Assembly: GCA_023242925.1 (NCBI GenBank)
Contig: CP096134.1
Location: 1,201,944 to 1,265,943, forward strand
Reading direction: 5' to 3'
DNA from: Hyphomonadaceae bacterium JAD_PAG50586_4
Lineage (GTDB): Bacteria > Pseudomonadota > Alphaproteobacteria > Caulobacterales > Aquidulcibacteraceae
Length of the DNA: 64,000 nucleotides
Below, piece after piece: positions 60,746 through 64,000 of this stretch (the stretch's first letter is position 1; every line of letters starts with the position of its first letter). Under the pieces are notes generated by a model. The model had not been told where the DNA came from. It worked only from the letters and a program-made list of their open reading frames with translations, and did no database searches. The translations under genes and the position numbers were made by a program.

Positions 60746-61593
60746 GCCAGTTCCGGCATCACGTAGTTCGCGCGCACGCCTTCGCTCGCGAGAGCGGTTT
60801 CGACCTTTGCGGAATCGAGTGCGCCGTCGGTGAAGAGCGCTTCGCCGTGCATGCCGGAGGCGATGAAGAGACAATCGAGCCCTTGGCCATTGGCGCCGGC
60901 CACATCGGTTGGCACGCCGTCGCCGATGCAGAGAATGCGGGACTTGTCGATCGCGCGACCAGCGTGCGCTTCGAGTTCGCGCAAGGCGAGGTCGTAGATC
61001 GGCGGATAGGGCTTGCCGGCCATGATTACGCGGCCGCCGATCGCGGCATAATCGCGCGCGATGGCGCCGGCGCACCAGACGAGGTGATCGCCAACGCGGA
61101 CGACGATATCTGGATTGGCGCAGATCAATTCGAGATCGCGCGCGCGGGCCTGCTTTAGAATGTCAGCATAATCCGCCGGCGTTTCGTCTTCGCGATTGAG
61201 GCCGGAGATAGCGACGAAGCGGGCTCGATCGAGCGTTGTGGTTTCAAGGCCAAGACCTTCCCACAGCGGTCGATCAAATTCCTCGGGCCCTATCTTGAAT
61301 ACTGGGCCGGGTGCGCGTGCGCCGAGTTCGAAGCGCGTCGCGTCGCCGGAGGTGACGATCATATCCCAAGCATCGCGCGGGCAGCCGATGCGATCGAGTT
61401 GGCCGGGGATGGGCCCGCGCGGCTTTGGCACGTTGGTGAGCAGCGTGACGAGCTTACCCGCTTTGCGCGCGCGCTGAAGGGCCGCTGCGGCGTGTGGGTA
61501 GAGGCGGCGGCCATTGTGCAGCACGCCCCAAACGTCGCAAAGCAGCGCCTCGTAGCGATCAAGCACGGCGTCGAGCGAAGTGAGAGTTTGCAT
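60742..61593 (-). CDS. HAD-IIA hydrolase, TIGR01459 family
   Basis: CDVWGVLHNG, CANPD, GKPYP and IGDGVPTDV. Confidence 0.9.
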   Translation of the reverse strand: MQTLTSLDAVLDRYEALLCDVWGVLHNGRRLYPHAAAALQRARKAGKLVTLLTNVPKPRGPIPGQLDRIGCPRDAWDMIVTSGDATRFELGARAPGPVFKIGPEEFDRPLWEGLGLETTTLDRARFVAISGLNREDETPADYADILKQARARDLELICANPDIVVRVGDHLVWCAGAIARDYAAIGGRVIMAGKPYPPIYDLALRELEAHAGRAIDKSRILCIGDGVPTDVAGANGQGLDCLFIASGMHGEALFTDGALDSAKVETALASEGVRANYVMPELA

Positions 61594-62204
61594 CAGATGA
61601 AAGTCTCGGCGATGCGCGCTGCGTTCTGCTCGGCGTGTTCGGGGCCGGCGTCATAGGGGCATTGCAGGATGATGTCGGCGTGATTGCGCTGCGGTTCGAT
61701 ATAGGTCTCGTGCATCGGCCGCACCGTCATGAAGAATTGCGACATCACCGAACGCGGCGTGCGGCCGCGCTGCTCCACGTCGCGGATCATGCGCCGCGCC
61801 AGGCGCACGGATTCATCGGCGTTCACGAACACTTTCAGATCGAACATCGGCGCCAGTTCCGGCGCCGCCAGCAGCAGAATGCCTTCGACGATGATCGTGT
61901 CGGCGTGGACGATGCGCTCCACCTCAGGTTTGCGACGGTGGGTGACGAGATCGTAGATCGGCTTGTCGAACGCCACGCCGCTCTTGGCAAGTTCGAGGTG
62001 TTCGCGCAGCAGGCCGTGTTCCTTGGCGGAGGGGGCGTCGAAATTGTGGGTTGCGGCGTCGAAGTCGGGAATGGTCGAGGCGCAGCGGTAATAATCGTCT
62101 TCCGCGATCACCACAGCGCCCGCGCCCATTTTGCGCGCGAGCGCGCGGGCGATGGTCGTCTTGCCGGCCCCGGAGCCGCCGGTGATGGCGATAGTGCGTG
62201 TCAT
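61593..62204 (-). CDS. udk: Uridine kinase
   Basis: IAITGGSGAGKTT, EDDYY, NFDAP, EGIL and RRMIRDVEQRGR. Confidence 0.88.
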   Translation of the reverse strand: MTRTIAITGGSGAGKTTIARALARKMGAGAVVIAEDDYYRCASTIPDFDAATHNFDAPSAKEHGLLREHLELAKSGVAFDKPIYDLVTHRRKPEVERIVHADTIIVEGILLLAAPELAPMFDLKVFVNADESVRLARRMIRDVEQRGRTPRSVMSQFFMTVRPMHETYIEPQRNHADIILQCPYDAGPEHAEQNAARIAETFI

Positions 62205-62236
62205 GCGCCGCTACGTGCTGCGGCTGGCGGAAAAAC

Positions 62237-63529
62237 TCAAGCCACGCGGCCGTTCTGCTTCAGCAGGAATTCACGCGGCGGGGCGGTTTCTTCCATCAGG
62301 CTCTCTTTGATGGCGCGCGGCGCGCCGAAGAGGTGGCCTTGGCCATAGGGCACGTCGAGATCGAGCACTTCGAGGACGCCGTCCTCGTTCTCGATCCGCT
62401 CGGCGATGAGATCGATGCCGTAGCGCTGGAAGACGGCCGAGATATCGATGGCGGCGATCTCGCGGGTGATGGCCGAGCGCGGGCGCACGCCGCCGCGGAC
62501 GATCTGCTCCACCATCGTGCGGCCGGCGATCTTTACATAGCGCACGCCGGCGCGCTCGAGGTCCGGCAGATCAAGTGCTGCGTTGGTCACGCGGTCGATC
62601 GAGAAACGGAAGCCAAGATCGACCAGCTTCGACATCGCCCGCGCCTCGATCGAGGTGCGGTTCTCGTAAGCGTCTTGCTGGATTTCAAAAATCACGCTGC
62701 CGGCCAGATCGCGGTTCTCGCGCATGAAATCGAGGAATTGCGGGAAGAACATTTCATCGGCCAACGCACTCGGCGTCAAATTGCAGAAGATGCCGACGCG
62801 GCGATCCTGTTTCATCAGCTTGCGCACGATCTGCACGCAGCGGAACAGCAGCACGTTGTCGATCGTCGTCATCAGCCCGGCCTGTTCGGCGGCGGGGATA
62901 AATTCTTGGGGTAGGATGAGACGGCCGTTCGCGTCCTTGAGGCGCGTGAAGCCTTCGTAGAATGCGGTCTTGCGCTGCGGCAGCTGTACGATCGGTTGAA
63001 GGTGCAGTTCGACGCGGTTTTCCAGCAGCGCCTCGCGCACCAGATCCATGGGCCCGCGCGGCGCGTTTGGATTGAGCGGCGCGACCGTGCCCGCTTGAAT
63101 GCCTTGCAGGCGCGCATCCATCGCCGCGCCAAGCTTGTCGACGATCTGATCGATGAGCTTCAGCTCAAGCGGCATGCCGATGCTTTGGCTCTGCGGCGCT
63201 TCCAGTTGCGGCGGCGGCGCGAACGCGATCTGCGCTTCCAAGCTATCCATACGCGTTTGGATCGCGTCGATGTCGGCGACGATCTCGCGTTGCGCAGAGC
63301 GGATGCGTTCGCTGTCGGCTTTCAAGCGCTTCTCGGCGCCGCCGATGCGGTTGGCCGCTGCACTCGATGAAATGCCTGCATGCGTGACCGCGCACGCGCT
63401 GAAGAGCGCGATGCCGCCAAGCAAGGACGACCCAAGCGGCTCGCCGCCGATTTGCATCAGCGCAGCGCCGGTCGCGAACGAAATCATCGCGTAGCCGGCG
63501 TAGAGCAGCACATGCGTAATGATAGGCAT
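62237..63529 (-). CDS. tipF: TipF-like degenerate EAL protein (2 TM, coiled coil, EAL)
   Basis: Two N-terminal TMs, a coiled coil, then LHLQPIVQLP...YEGFTRL (EGF for EAL), GIFCNL, IFEI and GQGHLF. Confidence 0.7.
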   Translation of the reverse strand: MPIITHVLLYAGYAMISFATGAALMQIGGEPLGSSLLGGIALFSACAVTHAGISSSAAANRIGGAEKRLKADSERIRSAQREIVADIDAIQTRMDSLEAQIAFAPPPQLEAPQSQSIGMPLELKLIDQIVDKLGAAMDARLQGIQAGTVAPLNPNAPRGPMDLVREALLENRVELHLQPIVQLPQRKTAFYEGFTRLKDANGRLILPQEFIPAAEQAGLMTTIDNVLLFRCVQIVRKLMKQDRRVGIFCNLTPSALADEMFFPQFLDFMRENRDLAGSVIFEIQQDAYENRTSIEARAMSKLVDLGFRFSIDRVTNAALDLPDLERAGVRYVKIAGRTMVEQIVRGGVRPRSAITREIAAIDISAVFQRYGIDLIAERIENEDGVLEVLDLDVPYGQGHLFGAPRAIKESLMEETAPPREFLLKQNGRVA

Positions 63530-63542
63530 TATTTGCCGTCCC

Positions 63543-63592
63543 GAATCTCTCAGTGAGCATGGGGCGGGATTTATGGTTGATCGAGTCTTAAC
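63543..63592. promoter_or_regulatory. Two GANTC sites and a CtrA-like box upstream of the tipF-like gene
   Basis: GAATC at 63543, GAGTC at 63583, and TTGA-N7-TTAAC at 63577-63592. Confidence 0.55.
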
Positions 63593-63715
63593 GACAGCCG
63601 CGGCGCTGCGCATAACGCATTGTTTCAGCGTATATTTGTCGGCTTTGGCCGCTGTAAAAAGCTCGTTTCGGACGCGGATGATTTTGCTTGTGGCTTTTGA
63701 TGGCCTGTTCAAAAA

Positions 63716-63734
63716 ATTATTGTAAAACAATAAT
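63716..63734. promoter_or_regulatory. AT-rich inverted repeat, candidate operator
   Basis: ATTATTGT-AAA-ACAATAAT, perfect 8-bp arms. Confidence 0.55.
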
Positions 63735-63778
63735 ATATTTCTGTATGGCGATCATGCTGGCGGATGGATGGTTTTGCG

Positions 63779-64000
63779 ATGACGGACGAGGCGCAACGTT
63801 TGGCGACAGCGCGTAAGCAAGCAGGGCAGATGCGCTATCTCAGCGATTTGCTGGCGCCGATGCTTGTTGCAGCGATTGGTCTGCCGTTGATCGGCGATCT
63901 CTATTTGACGGCATTTGAGCCGGCGCCCTTGGCGGCGGCTCTGGGCGCGCCAGCGGCGCTTGCGATCAAGCTCTTGAGCTATGCGCCAGCGATCGTGGCT
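63779..64000 (+). CDS. Membrane protein, 5' partial (possibly DUF2975-like)
   Basis: MTDEAQRLATARKQAGQMRYLSDLLAPMLVAAIGLPLIGDLYL...; the frame stays open to the window end. Confidence 0.5.
   Translation, partial: MTDEAQRLATARKQAGQMRYLSDLLAPMLVAAIGLPLIGDLYLTAFEPAPLAAALGAPAALAIKLLSYAPAIVA

Overview
High-GC alphaproteobacterial chromosome segment. It looks Caulobacterales/Hyphomonadaceae-like, judging from a TipF-like gene, CtrA-like boxes and GANTC sites, and the rpmH-rnpA-yidC-yihA-argB and def-fmt-truA gene orders. Most of the window is housekeeping: mcd, recR, ybaB, dnaX, SRP RNA ffs, def, fmt, truA, dapE, dapD, argB, yihA, yidC, rnpA, rpmH, ggt, tRNA-Arg(ACG), leucine dehydrogenase plus bkdA1A2B, rsmD, tadA, ribF and udk. 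Small accessory modules sit between these genes. I found no integrase, transposase, prophage or CRISPR array. About 14 single-base indels break 12 genes, including essential dnaX, so the assembly probably carries long-read errors and several ORF-track fusions are artefacts. The most interesting items are: (1) a single-pass TIR-TM-TPR protein with Toll-like-receptor topology, preceded by a TIMP-like secreted protein; (2) two cassettes that split the usual ffs-dnaX-ybaB-recR cluster, one a GlxA regulator with a di-iron oxygenase, the other an orphan kinase, twin TetRs, a 34-aa peptide, a TTC38-like protein and a hydrolase, bounded by CTAGGGG repeats; (3) a DUF885 peptidase-like gene coupled to branched-chain amino-acid catabolism; (4) two paralogous 4-Cys lipoproteins flanking a META lipoprotein; (5) several readable regulatory sites. 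All family assignments come from motif recognition by eye; no database search was run.
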